DNA from: an uncultured archaeon
GTDB lineage: Archaea; Iainarchaeota; Iainarchaeia; Iainarchaeales; 1-14-0-10-31-34
Reading direction: 5' to 3'
Assembly: GCA_964442255.1 (NCBI GenBank)
Contig: CAYTYC010000004.1
Location: 1,416 to 65,415 of the forward strand
Length of the DNA: 64,000 nucleotides
The notes below the pieces were generated by a model. It made no database searches. It worked only from the letters and a program-made list of their open reading frames with translations, and was not told the DNA's origin. Positions within the stretch are counted from its first letter, which is position 1. Every line of letters starts with the position of its first letter. Below, in pieces: positions 16,209-26,115 of the stretch. The position numbers and the translations under genes were made by a program.

Positions 16209-16280
16209 CGGGCCCACGGGGAATCGAACCCCGGTCTGCAGCTCCGCAAGCAACCGTACTGTCCACTATACTATGGGCCC
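16209..16280 (-). tRNA. tRNA-Arg (anticodon GCG), 72 nt, no intron
   Basis: Reverse complement reads GGGCCCA-UA-GUAU-AGUGGACA-GUAC-G-GUUGC-UUGCGGA-GCUGC-AGAC-CGGGG-UUCGAUU-CCCCG-UGGGCCC-G. There is one U-U mismatch in the anticodon stem. Confidence 0.65.
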
Positions 16281-16365
16281 CGGCTTAAAATAATTCCCCT
16301 AAAAGCCTTTTTATTTTCTTGCTTCAGGCGTAAGCCGTTTTTGGTGAAATTTCTAAAAAGTTTTA

Positions 16366-16470
16366 GAAACCCTTTCCGGGAACCCCGCCCATTTTAATGG
16401 GCAAATGAATTGTTTCCATTAAGCCGTTTGCGGAAAAAAAAAAATTCGGCGGATTTTTAGCCCGCCGCAG
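16366..16470. repeat. Copy B of the ~100-nt R1 element (hairpin plus T11 terminator, then a conserved segment), directly after the stop of the membrane-protein gene
   Basis: gaaacccTttccgggaaccccgccCAtttTaatgggc...gccgtttGcgg aaaaaaaaaaa ttcggcggatttttagcccgccgCag. Compare 781-880. Confidence 0.7.
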
Positions 16471-16471
16471 T

Positions 16472-17455
16472 TTAAGCAATTAAAACCTTTTCCAGAATCA
16501 TTGCGTACGGAACCGCAAGAAAGCGGAAAACAAAGTTTCCAAGCAAAAGGAAAACAGAGGTTGCAAGAAAAGCCGACAGAATCCAGAAATAGTCGGTGAG
16601 AAACCCGTACCACGGCATTTGGGTTTTCACTTTTTCGAACACCATTGAAGCCATTTCCTTGTCTATTTTTCCTTCCTGCGCTTTCCTTATTTCCGCCACC
16701 ACTTTTTCCCTGAATTCGGGGGAATTCATTTCCGTTTCCAGTGCGTCCATTCCCAGCAAAAAAACATGAACCCTTTGGTCTTCCACGCCTCTTAAGGCGG
16801 CGTAGGCCGGCATTCTTGTTATGCGCTCAATGGTTTGCTTTTGGTTTTCAATCATTAAGTCCGCGGTGTATTCGTTCAATTGCCTGGTTCCCTGTTGCTG
16901 CAACGCGATGTCCAAAAGCTTTTCTTCCATTTGTTCCTTGAATGTTTCCTGCTGCGGGAAAACAAACAAAATTGTTCCAATAAAAAGCCCTATTGCGGTA
17001 AGGCTCGCCAGCCTTTGCGCCGCTCCGGTTGTAACCCTGAACTGCACCCATTTTTTTAGTTCAAGTTTTTTCAGGTAAACCGTTTCAATCATCAGCCACA
17101 TTCCAAGCAAATAAAAAAGCGCTGCAACCGCAAATTCGCTTAGCCTTGGAAAAAGCAAAAGCAGCACGGCAAACCCCATGAATGACCCCGCCAATGCGCT
17201 CATTTGCGCCTCTCTTTTTGTGAAAAAATTGCAGGATACAACAACTATTCCTATTGTGGACGGGAAAAGCAGGACAAAGAGAATGAATCCCGTTGATTTC
17301 ACGTTTTCAATTGTTTGCGCCAAATCAAAGTTGAAGACTTCGCTTAAAAACAGGTTTGAGGTGCTTAAAAAATAGCCCCAAACTATCACGCTTACCGCAA
17401 TCAACCCGACGAACAGAACCTGCATTTCGGTTTGCTGGCTTAATTTCATCCGCAT
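16472..17455 (-). CDS. Polytopic membrane protein, hypothetical
   Basis: 327-aa ORF with an ATG start and ~6 TM helices around a central soluble coiled segment. Confidence 0.5.
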   Translation of the reverse strand: MRMKLSQQTEMQVLFVGLIAVSVIVWGYFLSTSNLFLSEVFNFDLAQTIENVKSTGFILFVLLFPSTIGIVVVSCNFFTKREAQMSALAGSFMGFAVLLLLFPRLSEFAVAALFYLLGMWLMIETVYLKKLELKKWVQFRVTTGAAQRLASLTAIGLFIGTILFVFPQQETFKEQMEEKLLDIALQQQGTRQLNEYTADLMIENQKQTIERITRMPAYAALRGVEDQRVHVFLLGMDALETEMNSPEFREKVVAEIRKAQEGKIDKEMASMVFEKVKTQMPWYGFLTDYFWILSAFLATSVFLLLGNFVFRFLAVPYAMILEKVLIA

Positions 17456-17484
17456 TTTAATAGGCTTTCAGGGTATTTAAATTT

Positions 17485-18378
17485 TTACTTTAATAGCCGG
17501 ATTATTTTCCCGTTGTCCACAATTATTGTGTTTTCCGCCTGCGTTACGGTCACGCCTTTTTCTTCCCTTAGGATGGGGTGCATTTGGAAAACCTTTTTCT
17601 GCAAAAGCTCCCTTAAGGCGACCTTGAACTTGAATTCGCTTAAACCCTTTTGTATCCACCTTTCCGCGAAAGGCAAAGTCTTGTATTCTTCCGCAGCCTT
17701 TTCCACTATTTTTCTTGCGTCCAGATTCCTCACCGGCTTTAATTCATCCAGTTCGTAAATGTAGGTTTGCGGCGCCTCCCTCACAATTCCTTTTCCGTTG
17801 CATGCAAAGGGCTCAAAGGCGTAAACCCCTTCTTCCTCTATTTCCCGGTCGTCGCTGTTTTCAATGTTTGGAATGCTTGGCGCGATGTGGGTCCTCCACT
17901 TGTCCATTCCGTGCCCGCTCAGGTTTTGGATTGGCTGAAAGCCTTTTCCTTTAATTGCTTTCTCTATTTTTGCGCCCAAATCCTTTAAGGTCATTCCAAC
18001 TTTAACTGAACTCAGCGCGCTCTCTAAACCCAGTTCAGCGGCTTCAGCCATTTTTCCGTGTTCCCCGGAAAAATCCAGTGTAAACGCGGAATCCGCAATG
18101 CATCCTTCAACGTGAACCCCTGTATCAACTTTCAATACGTCCTTTTCCCCGAGCACAGACTCGTCGTTCAGGGGAGGGGTGTAGTGCGCTGCATTATTGT
18201 TTATGGACAAATTAACCGGAAAGGCGGGTTTTCCGCCCAATTCCACGGTTTTCTTTTCAATGCGCTCCGCTATTTCCAGGAGCTTTTGCCCCGGCTTTAT
18301 TTTGGCTTTCTCTATTTTGTGCAGCCGGGAGGCAATTTTTCCTGCCTTTAAATAGTTTTCCTTGTCTTTTTTGTCCAT
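17485..18378 (-). CDS. map: Methionine aminopeptidase, type 2 (archaeal/eukaryotic type)
   Basis: FPVNLSINNNAAHYTP, D..KVDTGVHVEGCIADSAFT and the GHGMDKWRTH metal-ligand motifs; 297 aa. Confidence 0.85.
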   Translation of the reverse strand: MDKKDKENYLKAGKIASRLHKIEKAKIKPGQKLLEIAERIEKKTVELGGKPAFPVNLSINNNAAHYTPPLNDESVLGEKDVLKVDTGVHVEGCIADSAFTLDFSGEHGKMAEAAELGLESALSSVKVGMTLKDLGAKIEKAIKGKGFQPIQNLSGHGMDKWRTHIAPSIPNIENSDDREIEEEGVYAFEPFACNGKGIVREAPQTYIYELDELKPVRNLDARKIVEKAAEEYKTLPFAERWIQKGLSEFKFKVALRELLQKKVFQMHPILREEKGVTVTQAENTIIVDNGKIIRLLK

Positions 18379-18506
18379 TTTTCCTTCACTTTAAGGATTC
18401 TAAAAAGAAAAAGAATTTAAAATCAAACGAATTTTTTTTAAGGGGGTTTTGGAATTCGTAAATGTCAAAAACAGTGATTTAATAAAATGGTTTTCGATAT
18501 CCCCTT

Positions 18507-18986
18507 TCACCGGGTTTTTTTCCTTAAAAGGTACAGCACCACCACAATCAGGCACGCCAAACTTATTGCCCCGATTTCGGGAACATTCACTCCCCTTTCT
18601 TCTTTCACTGAAAAGTGCAGGGTTCTTGAGTCTTCGGATGTAGTGGCTTTGAATGTGTGTTCAGTCCAAGGCTCTAAATTATGTGTTTCCGGGTCTCCAA
18701 TGCCTGAAAATTCGTAGTCTTTGGTTTCTCCGGGGACCAGGTTGCCAAAGGATGTTTGTGCGTCAATCTGGGTTGAATCTAACCACAAAAAAACCGTGGG
18801 AATGGGCTGGCTGCCGGTGCTAATGTTTTTTACGGTCACCCAAACTGTCATGTTTTCGTTTAGCCCCACAACGTTTGACGGTTCAATGCTCATGTCAATT
18901 ATTGCAACGTCTTGCGCAAAAGCAATGGATGCAAGCAGGGGAATGAAGCCGAAAGCCAAAAGCATTTTTCCGTGCACTGGAACCAC
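18507..18986 (-). CDS. Small secreted CARDB/Ig-like surface protein with a C-terminal PEI-x-AI plus TM plus RKK sorting-like tail
   Basis: Signal peptide MLLAFGFIPLLASIAFAQD, a beta-rich ..MTVWVTVKNISTGS.. domain, and C-terminus ..VPEIGAISLACLIVVVLYLLRKKTR. Confidence 0.6.
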   Translation of the reverse strand: MVPVHGKMLLAFGFIPLLASIAFAQDVAIIDMSIEPSNVVGLNENMTVWVTVKNISTGSQPIPTVFLWLDSTQIDAQTSFGNLVPGETKDYEFSGIGDPETHNLEPWTEHTFKATTSEDSRTLHFSVKEERGVNVPEIGAISLACLIVVVLYLLRKKTR

Positions 18987-19026
18987 TTATCTAAAACGTT
19001 TTCCCCCTTTTTAATCTTTTTCTTTT

Positions 19027-21471
19027 TCACCCGAATGCCCCCAGCGTTTGTTGCTTGCCGCCCTGCACCAAATCCTCTTCACTTACGCCCAGTTCACGGA
19101 TAATTTTAATGACGGCGGGAAAAACCTGGTGCTCGATGTAATAGTCCGCGTCATAGTTTCCTTCCTGCACGAACTCCGCCAGTTCAGCGCGGTCGGAAAT
19201 GCTTTTCCCTGAACGCGTCACAATGTATTCAATTATCGTGCCAACCCCTATTCTTTTTCCGCGCTTAATCGCCTTTTTTGCCGCGGCAATGTGCGGGCCG
19301 ATTGACTCATACGATTTAATGGATTTTTTTACCGTTGAAATAATCACCAAATCCTTTTTCTGCACTTTCCCTTCCTTTAAGTCTTTCACCGCTTTTCTCA
19401 CGACCTGAACTGCCTTTTCCGGCTTTCCTTCCTCCAAAACAGCCTGCAAAACCCTGCGCTGCGTGTCTTTTGCAATCCTTGCCCAGTCCCTCCGCACGTA
19501 CTCAAAGCCCACTATGCTTAAATTTCCCCTGAAGTCAATCAACGCGTACCTTTTTTTTGCCGCCCCTCCCTCTCGCCTGGTTACAAACAGCCCTCTTTTG
19601 TATATTCCCTCAAACTCGAGTTCCATTACTCCGGGAAGCCCGGAATTCACTTTTTCCGCAAACTCCAGAACGTCCGCCTTGGTTTTTCCTTTTGGTAACC
19701 CCAGGAATGCGCTGTCCGTGTCGTTGTATAAAAGCCTGAATCCCGCTTTCTCTGCTTTGTGCCCGATGTCCTTCACATAGTGCCGGCTCCACGCCGTCAC
19801 AGACCTCGCGGACTCCAGACTGTACCACCTGCTCCGAGGGTATCCCAGATAACCGTAAAAGGAGTTCAAAAGTATTTTGAGCGCCTGCTGGCGGGCGGAA
19901 AGCGCCTCAAATTCTTCTGAATCTTTTCCGAATTTTTTCATTTCTTTTTTGATTTTTTTCCTGTTTTCCAAAAGCTGTTCAAGGATTGCCGGAATAAAGC
20001 CTTTTTTTTTGGTGCAGAAGTAATCCCCGTCTGGCGCAAGGTTTTTTTTGTTTCCCCTGCAGCAATCGCAGTTCAGTGTTTCCGGGGAAACGTTGTGGGA
20101 AATCATTATGCTTGGGTGAAGGGAACGAAAATCCAATACGGCGATGTTTTCATGCAGCCCGGGCTCCGGGCTTTTCACAAACCCGCCTTTAAAGGACTGC
20201 ATCATTCTTTTTTTCACTTCCCCTTCATGCGGCCTGTTGGGGAGAAGGGTTTTTGTCTGGAAGCATTTGTCCATTAAAAGGAATTCCACCAGAAATCCCG
20301 CGGAGCCGCGGGAAACGTCAAACAGCGTTTGCTTCACCAGCTTGCTTAATTCCACGGCAACAGGCAAAAACCGGTTTCCCAGCCTGTAGGTTTGTTCCGC
20401 GTCCTCCAAATTGTATTCCGCCACTTTTTCCAGCCCTTTTCCTGAATCCCATGATTCCGTGATTTGTGCAGCGGTTATTTTCTCTTTTTTTTCCCCGTAA
20501 ATTTGTTCAACCACCGACTCCAAATCAAATTTAACCAGACTCACTATTCCAAAGCGCACAAAAAGCCTGAGCAATTGGTAGACGTCCAGGTGCTGCATTC
20601 CCACAACCATTACCGCTGAAGCAAATCCGTGCTTTTTTGCCTTTAATCCCGACCCTTCCACGCCAAAATCGATTTCCGCTTTCAGCACGCTTGCCCTTTC
20701 CCTTAAGTAAGGCAGGTCAAACAAGTCGCCGTTGTATGTCATCATGATGTCGGTTTTTTTTTCCCTTATTTCTTCCACAAGCCTTTCAATCAGTTTTGAT
20801 TCGCTTTCCACCAATTCAACGTGTTTTGTTTCCGCTTTTTTGTTTGCGGTGAAAACCTTTTTTTCTTTTCCTGAAACAAACGCCGCCATCAGGATTGCGT
20901 CTTTTTTCGGGTTGCTGAAGCTTTCCCCCGAATAGGTTTCCAAATCAAACGCCGAACTAACCGGCGCAATTCCCGTTTTTTTTTCAATTCGCTTTATTTC
21001 CTGAACCTCTTTTTCTTTTCCTTCCCTGAACTCCACTTCCACTTCCCCCAACGGCTCCAGTCCCTTGTCTATTAGGTATCTGCGGGTGAACACGATGTCG
21101 TGTTCCCTTTTTTCCATTACCCCTGAAATTTTGGTTATTTCTTCCCTTGCTTTCACCAAATCCGAGGTGTTTTTGAAGTAAATTCGCGCGGCGTTTTCCC
21201 GGTATTCTTCCGCTTTTTCCGCTTTTATTGCCTTGCTTTTTTCTTCCCCGAACTCTTTTTCGAGGATTTTTTTTTTCAGTTCCCCGAAACTTCCCTCAAA
21301 TACGGCGTAAAAGTAGGGGTGAAAGTTTTTTTCAATAAAGGACTCCATCCCGGAACGCGTTTTAATGAAAAGCCGGATGCAGGAATTCTTTTCTTTCCCT
21401 GTTTCCGTGGCCAAATCGACGAGTATTCCCTGAATCCGTTTCCCGGGCATAGATATATTTTTAATAGTCAA
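19027..21471 (-). CDS. polB: Family B DNA polymerase with a 3'-5' exonuclease domain
   Basis: Exo I FDLETY, motif A DFRSLHPSIM, motif B KILLNSFYGYLGY, motif C YNDTDS; 814 aa. Confidence 0.85.
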   Translation of the reverse strand: MTIKNISMPGKRIQGILVDLATETGKEKNSCIRLFIKTRSGMESFIEKNFHPYFYAVFEGSFGELKKKILEKEFGEEKSKAIKAEKAEEYRENAARIYFKNTSDLVKAREEITKISGVMEKREHDIVFTRRYLIDKGLEPLGEVEVEFREGKEKEVQEIKRIEKKTGIAPVSSAFDLETYSGESFSNPKKDAILMAAFVSGKEKKVFTANKKAETKHVELVESESKLIERLVEEIREKKTDIMMTYNGDLFDLPYLRERASVLKAEIDFGVEGSGLKAKKHGFASAVMVVGMQHLDVYQLLRLFVRFGIVSLVKFDLESVVEQIYGEKKEKITAAQITESWDSGKGLEKVAEYNLEDAEQTYRLGNRFLPVAVELSKLVKQTLFDVSRGSAGFLVEFLLMDKCFQTKTLLPNRPHEGEVKKRMMQSFKGGFVKSPEPGLHENIAVLDFRSLHPSIMISHNVSPETLNCDCCRGNKKNLAPDGDYFCTKKKGFIPAILEQLLENRKKIKKEMKKFGKDSEEFEALSARQQALKILLNSFYGYLGYPRSRWYSLESARSVTAWSRHYVKDIGHKAEKAGFRLLYNDTDSAFLGLPKGKTKADVLEFAEKVNSGLPGVMELEFEGIYKRGLFVTRREGGAAKKRYALIDFRGNLSIVGFEYVRRDWARIAKDTQRRVLQAVLEEGKPEKAVQVVRKAVKDLKEGKVQKKDLVIISTVKKSIKSYESIGPHIAAAKKAIKRGKRIGVGTIIEYIVTRSGKSISDRAELAEFVQEGNYDADYYIEHQVFPAVIKIIRELGVSEEDLVQGGKQQTLGAFG

Positions 21472-21536
21472 CTCCTATTTTAATTAAGTGGTTTTTTTTG
21501 GCGAGAAGGCATGAGCACGGCGGAAAAAAGTCTTCA

Positions 21537-21959
21537 ATGGTTTTTTCCGACGTAATCCGTGACATCAAGGCGTTGAACAGCAGCGTGCAGATCATCGCCC
21601 AGAAAATGAAGTATTTGGTGAGGAACGAAAAAATTTTGGGCAGAAACCTTATTGTCTTGAACAAAAAGCTCAAGGCGCTGGAGAAGCGCCCTTCTTCCCC
21701 TTCAGCAGGTACAGGAATTTCCGCCCCGGAAATGAATGAAGTGAAGGACGAGCTTGCCGCTGTTTCGGAAAAGCTTTCTTCTTTGGGGCACGAAATTTCG
21801 GAGACAAAAAAAAGGCTCAACCGGTTTGAGGAGTCTTACGCGAAAAAGGAAACCCTGGATGAATTGAAGTACGTTATTGACGCAATCAATCCACTGGAGT
21901 TTGTCACCTTAAGCCAGCTGGAAGACGCGCTTGGAAAAAAGCCGGCAAAAAAGAAATAG
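21537..21959 (+). CDS. Hypothetical coiled-coil protein
   Basis: Charged, heptad-rich ORF. The listed start at 21498 precedes a more plausible Met at 21537. Confidence 0.4.
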   Translation: MVFSDVIRDIKALNSSVQIIAQKMKYLVRNEKILGRNLIVLNKKLKALEKRPSSPSAGTGISAPEMNEVKDELAAVSEKLSSLGHEISETKKRLNRFEESYAKKETLDELKYVIDAINPLEFVTLSQLEDALGKKPAKKK

Positions 21960-22466
21960 CTATTTTTTCCTTAAAACAATTAAAATCCCTGCAACCACTA
22001 AAACCAGGGCAATTGCGCTTATTTCCGGAACGGGCTGCCCCTGCTTCCCGACCGTAAAGCGGGTTTTCATTTTGTTGTTTTCTTTTTCTGTTTCAGCAGG
22101 AACAACAAGGGCTGTTGCTTCCGCGTATGCCGTGTAGTCCTTCCAGTCCTCAAGCCCTGCGCCTGAAAGGTCGAATGCTGTTGTGAATGTGAATTTGTTT
22201 CCCGGGCTTATAATCCTTGATGTGCTGTATACTGCAGTTCCCGGGTCTTTTTCCAGCCAAAACCCCACCGTCACATCAGTGGAGGTTATGCGCAGGTTTT
22301 TCACGGTTGCCTTGAATGTCATTGATCCTTCTTTGTCCACCACAATTGGAACAGCCTCAAATTTAACCATTTCAACGTATTCCTTCGGCGCAGATGCGGA
22401 ACCCGCCGCTGCCGCAAAAAACAGAAGGAAAATAAAACACAAGGCATATGCGGTTTTCATTCGCAT
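21960..22466 (-). CDS. Second small secreted CARDB/Ig-like surface protein with the same C-terminal PEI-x-AI plus TM plus RKK tail
   Basis: Signal peptide MKTAYALCFIFLLFFAAAAGSASA, a ..MTFKATVKNLRITS.. domain, and C-terminus ..PVPEISAIALVLVVAGILIVLRKK. Confidence 0.6.
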   Translation of the reverse strand: MRMKTAYALCFIFLLFFAAAAGSASAPKEYVEMVKFEAVPIVVDKEGSMTFKATVKNLRITSTDVTVGFWLEKDPGTAVYSTSRIISPGNKFTFTTAFDLSGAGLEDWKDYTAYAEATALVVPAETEKENNKMKTRFTVGKQGQPVPEISAIALVLVVAGILIVLRKK

Positions 22467-22495
22467 TATTTGGCCCCTTTCCTGTTTATAAGCCT

Positions 22496-23995
22496 TTATT
22501 TTGTCCCGAGGTGGCTGAGGGTCGGGCGGAGGCTTACCCTGTACTGCTTTCTTTCCGCCAGCTTCACTCCCACGTCGCTCACAGACAAAATGAATATTTC
22601 CGCTTCCACGAGGTCCCGGGCTTCCTTTTTTAGTTCCACAACCCTTTCCGCCCCCAGCGCAAAACCCACTCCAAGCGAATAAAACTGGGAAAGGATTTGA
22701 ATCATTTCATCAACCAAAATTGCGTTGGCGGATTTCCCGAAAAACTGCACCGCGTTTGGGATGAAAACAAACGAGTTAATGCCTTTCACTGCCTTTCTTT
22801 CATAGTGTTTCCTTATTCCCGCAAGCACTGAATGCATCACCATTAAGGCGCTTCTTTCGTCCGTGCCCTGCATTTTTATTATTCCCGCCCTTCCAATGTT
22901 TTTTTCCCAGTTTTTGGACAATTCCTGCACCTCGTTTCCGGAAGCAAACAGGCCTTCATACCTTTTTTCAATCAGCTTCAGCATGCGCACCATTCTCAGC
23001 ATCTGGTTCTGCTTTAATTCCGCCTGCCTGCAGTGGTTCTTGACTGCGCCAATAAGTTGCCCAAAGGAATCAATTTTCTCCATTTTTTCCATAACCTCCG
23101 AGATTGTGCGGGAGGCGGTGTTTTTTCCTGCCCCAAACAGTTCCAGCAATCCCTTTGGGCTGATTAAATTCAGGTCCACTTTGGCGTCCTGTGCTGCAAG
23201 AAATTCTTTCACTGGAAAGCCCATTGGCTCAAGCTCTGCCTGAAACCGGCTTAACTCTTTTTCCTGTTCGGAGGGCTTGTTCATTGAATTAAAGCTTTCA
23301 TTCCAGTCAAACACTACGGCGGGAGAATTGCTTAGCATCACGCCTTCCGCGACCAGCTGCATTGCGTGTTTCCTGTCCTCCGGGTTTTCCCCGAAAATTC
23401 CTGTTTTAAGGAAAAGCTTTAACGGCTCTTTTGCCGGCTTTCCTTCCTTTGTCAGCCCCAGGAAAACTTCTCCCCGTGTTTCAGGCTGCATTTCCCTTTG
23501 CCCCGGGAGAACGCTTTTTCCGCTTACAAGGGGAAGGGAAAGGGGGTCGGTGAAAAAGGCGTTTTTTGTTTCCTCGTCCGCCTTGCTTAATTCGGTTAAC
23601 TCCAAATCATAGGCCCCTGAAATCTGTTTCACAAACTCAACCGAGGCCTCAAGGTTTTTGAGCTGCGAGTTAACGGTTTTCCTGAATTCCTCTTCTTCGT
23701 ACACGCTGTAGGAGGGCCTGGAAGCCAAAACAAAAAATTTGAGGGTCTTGTTTTCTTCGTGTTTAATGAATACGCTTGCTTCCTTGGGAAAGGTTTCCGC
23801 AAACCCTTCTGTTTCGCCTTTCGCGTGGAAAACCTTGTACGCCTCCACAACAACCCCTGAGATTTTGCCTTTTTCCTTCACTTCAATTACAACCAGTACC
23901 ACGCTTTCGGGGTTGGAGTAAATGCTTACCTCGTGGTCGTAAAACATTCCTTCAAACAGCACGTGCCAGGGCCCGTGCGACAGGCTGAAACGCAT
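22496..23995 (-). CDS. Hypothetical 499-aa protein (possible degenerate P-loop, uncertain)
   Basis: Long ORF with an ATG start. FGAGKNTASR is only a weak Walker-A-like segment; no firm family assignment. Confidence 0.45.
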   Translation of the reverse strand: MRFSLSHGPWHVLFEGMFYDHEVSIYSNPESVVLVVIEVKEKGKISGVVVEAYKVFHAKGETEGFAETFPKEASVFIKHEENKTLKFFVLASRPSYSVYEEEEFRKTVNSQLKNLEASVEFVKQISGAYDLELTELSKADEETKNAFFTDPLSLPLVSGKSVLPGQREMQPETRGEVFLGLTKEGKPAKEPLKLFLKTGIFGENPEDRKHAMQLVAEGVMLSNSPAVVFDWNESFNSMNKPSEQEKELSRFQAELEPMGFPVKEFLAAQDAKVDLNLISPKGLLELFGAGKNTASRTISEVMEKMEKIDSFGQLIGAVKNHCRQAELKQNQMLRMVRMLKLIEKRYEGLFASGNEVQELSKNWEKNIGRAGIIKMQGTDERSALMVMHSVLAGIRKHYERKAVKGINSFVFIPNAVQFFGKSANAILVDEMIQILSQFYSLGVGFALGAERVVELKKEARDLVEAEIFILSVSDVGVKLAERKQYRVSLRPTLSHLGTK

Positions 23996-24074
23996 CCCTT
24001 TTTTTCACCGCAACCTTTTAAGCGAAAGTAACATATATAAATGAAGTATTATATAAATAGTTGTGGTTTTTTGA

Positions 24075-24791
24075 GTGGCTGACAGGAAAACGGTTTTGGA
24101 GTCAATCCGCAAAATGCTTGACTCCGGCATAGAGGAAGACGTAATTGAGTCAACCCTTTTGGACATCGGCTTAAGCAAAACCGAAATAGGCGAACTGATT
24201 TCCGAGGTTAAAACCGGGAAAACCGCGGAACAGCCTTCCCCCCAAAAACAGGAAACCCGGGTTTTCCGCGCGGCCCCGTCTTCCGGGCAAAGGCCTTTGC
24301 CTGAAGGGAAAAGCCGGGAGGAAGTGCAGGCGGAAAGCCAGCCGGTTCAGCCCGAAAAAGAGAAAGCAGAGGAAATTCAGAAGGCGCGGGGTGAAGAGGA
24401 AGATGAAGAGGAGGAAAGCCCTCCCGCTGAAGAAGAAGGGAAAACAAAATCCCGGGCTCCTGAAAGCGCAGGTGAAGGCGGGGAAGAGGAAGAGGAAACC
24501 GAAAGCGATGAATTGAGGGAGACCTCGGACAAGGTGGAGTTGGCCGAGCACGCGGAAGAGCTTGAAAAAATGAATGATTCCCTGGAAAACATCCAGAGAA
24601 AAATCGCGCTTTTGTCGCAAAAACAGTTCACTGCCTCGGAGTTCAGGAAAAGCCTTGATTCCCTGGAGGAAAGGGTTGAGGAAACGCGGAAGGATTTGTC
24701 GGATTTAAAGGCGTCCTCCAGCGCTTTGCAGTCGCTTTTAAAGAAACTGATTGAAACAGACAGAAAGCTTTTGGTTCCGGGAAAAAAATAG
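24075..24791 (+). CDS. Acidic low-complexity / coiled-coil protein, hypothetical
   Basis: 238 aa with an E/S/P-rich acidic tract (EEDEEEESPPAEEEG..GEEEEETESDE) followed by a C-terminal coiled coil. Confidence 0.5.
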   Translation: MADRKTVLESIRKMLDSGIEEDVIESTLLDIGLSKTEIGELISEVKTGKTAEQPSPQKQETRVFRAAPSSGQRPLPEGKSREEVQAESQPVQPEKEKAEEIQKARGEEEDEEEESPPAEEEGKTKSRAPESAGEGGEEEEETESDELRETSDKVELAEHAEELEKMNDSLENIQRKIALLSQKQFTASEFRKSLDSLEERVEETRKDLSDLKASSSALQSLLKKLIETDRKLLVPGKK

Positions 24792-24835
24792 CTTTTCCGC
24801 CAGAAATTTGTTCCCGGAAAATTCTTTTTTTTTCT

Positions 24836-25213
24836 TTAATCCCGGAAAATTTTTTTCAATGCATCCAGTAAATTGCCTGAGCCTTTTGCGGCCCTTGGGG
24901 CAAGGTTTTTGGTTTTCCATGTGTGGCTTTCCGGCGCAAAAAAGCCTTCCCCAATTTTTGACCCCAGGTCTTCGGCTATTTTCGTGAACACCTCTCCTTT
25001 TGGCCCTTTTGGCGAGGCTTTTTCAACTTCTTCCCCTATTCCCGCCGAAAAGCCTTTTGCAGTTTCTTTTCCGACTTTTCCGGCTCCGCTGAAAAAGCCT
25101 GCCGAAATTATTAGCGCCCCCAAAATCAGGCTCAAGGCGGCAAGCCACACTATTCCGGTGTACAGGGAAAAAAGCAGGATAAACAGCAGCAAAAGCCAGC
25201 CGAAGGAGTTCAT
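24836..25213 (-). CDS. Small membrane protein, last gene of the giant-protein island's co-directional array
   Basis: 125 aa with two N-terminal TM helices and a Gly/Lys-rich soluble tail. Confidence 0.45.
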   Translation of the reverse strand: MNSFGWLLLLFILLFSLYTGIVWLAALSLILGALIISAGFFSGAGKVGKETAKGFSAGIGEEVEKASPKGPKGEVFTKIAEDLGSKIGEGFFAPESHTWKTKNLAPRAAKGSGNLLDALKKIFRD

Positions 25214-25534
25214 TTAATACCCTCCCAGCAGTCCGCCGTATCCTCCGCCTCCGCCCAGCCCTCCGTACATGTCGGGTTCAGAGGATTTTGTCTTGAATCC
25301 GAAGACAAGCGAAATTGCAATCAACGCTATAACTGCGTACATCATGTAGTCGTCCAGGCCCGCGGACTTTATCCAGTACATTGCGCCAGCCGAAATTATG
25401 AGGAGGATTGTGGTGGAAATTGAGCGCATTGAAAGAATCATTATCGCCACTATCCCGAACACAATCCAGGTTTGGCCGTATTGGATTGCCAAAAACATTA
25501 AAAGCACTGAAACCATGAAGGTAAAGGTGTCCAT
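25214..25534 (-). CDS. Small membrane protein with a Gly-rich C-terminus
   Basis: The start is taken at MDTFTFMV so that it abuts, without overlapping, the gene upstream. It has 3 TM helices and a ..GGLGGGGGYGGLLGGY tail. Confidence 0.4.
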   Translation of the reverse strand: MDTFTFMVSVLLMFLAIQYGQTWIVFGIVAIMILSMRSISTTILLIISAGAMYWIKSAGLDDYMMYAVIALIAISLVFGFKTKSSEPDMYGGLGGGGGYGGLLGGY

Positions 25535-25538
25535 TTTG

Positions 25539-25790
25539 TCAGTCCGCCATATGCATTTTTGAAATGATTTCTTTTCCGAATGTAGCGAAAATGAATACGA
25601 ATACAACAATCCATATGAGCTCCGGGTGCTGGTAGAAGGTGAGGTAAACCACGATTATTGCAAACAGTATTGCGAGTTTGGCGCTTCCCAGCACGCCTTT
25701 CGCCCAGCCGTAAATCAGCACAATGAAGAACAAAACCAGCGCGGCCCAAATGTGTGTTTCGAATTCCGTCATCAGCAAAAGCATTTCCAT
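25539..25790 (-). CDS. Small membrane protein (2-3 TM)
   Basis: 83-aa hydrophobic ORF packed tightly in the array. Confidence 0.4.
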   Translation of the reverse strand: MEMLLLMTEFETHIWAALVLFFIVLIYGWAKGVLGSAKLAILFAIIVVYLTFYQHPELIWIVVFVFIFATFGKEIISKMHMAD

Positions 25791-25794
25791 TTTT

Positions 25795-26115
25795 TTATCC
25801 CTGCCTCATTCTTGTCCCAAAACCCCAGATTATCACTGAAAGGAAGCCTATTCCCAGGAGGGTGTATAAAACGTATAGGGAGGAAAAAATATAACCGTAT
25901 TTGAATACCATGAACCATATCAGGATTCCTGAAATTATTAAGGTCAGCGTTCCTGTCCCCAGAAAGCTTCTCACGGTCATGAAAATCGTGAAAATCAGGA
26001 TTAACTTGAACACTATGTCTGCGGGCTTGTATAAGTACATCACCAAAGGAACGAGCAGGGCTATCGCAAGGATTCCCGCGATAATGAACAGAACCACGCT
26101 TGCCTTTTGGTTCAA
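25795..26115 (-). CDS. Small membrane protein (4 TM)
   Basis: 106-aa hydrophobic ORF that overlaps the next gene's start by 4 nt. Confidence 0.45.
   Translation of the reverse strand: MNQKASVVLFIIAGILAIALLVPLVMYLYKPADIVFKLILIFTIFMTVRSFLGTGTLTLIISGILIWFMVFKYGYIFSSLYVLYTLLGIGFLSVIIWGFGTRMRQG

Noticed and set aside
16209-16249. The listed start of ORF 15701..16249 (MRSCRPGFDSPWARS...)
   Set aside because: The first 39 codons overlap tRNA-Arg on the same strand; the peptide FDSPWARSTNL is the translation of tRNA sequence. The start was moved to the internal Met at 16132.
24171-24631. Minus-strand ORFs of 149, 79 and 84 aa overlapping the acidic-protein gene
   Set aside because: They are antisense frames of a GA-rich (Glu/Lys codon) low-complexity region. 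The plus-strand gene has an ATG start, its own promoter and a coherent acidic coiled-coil product.
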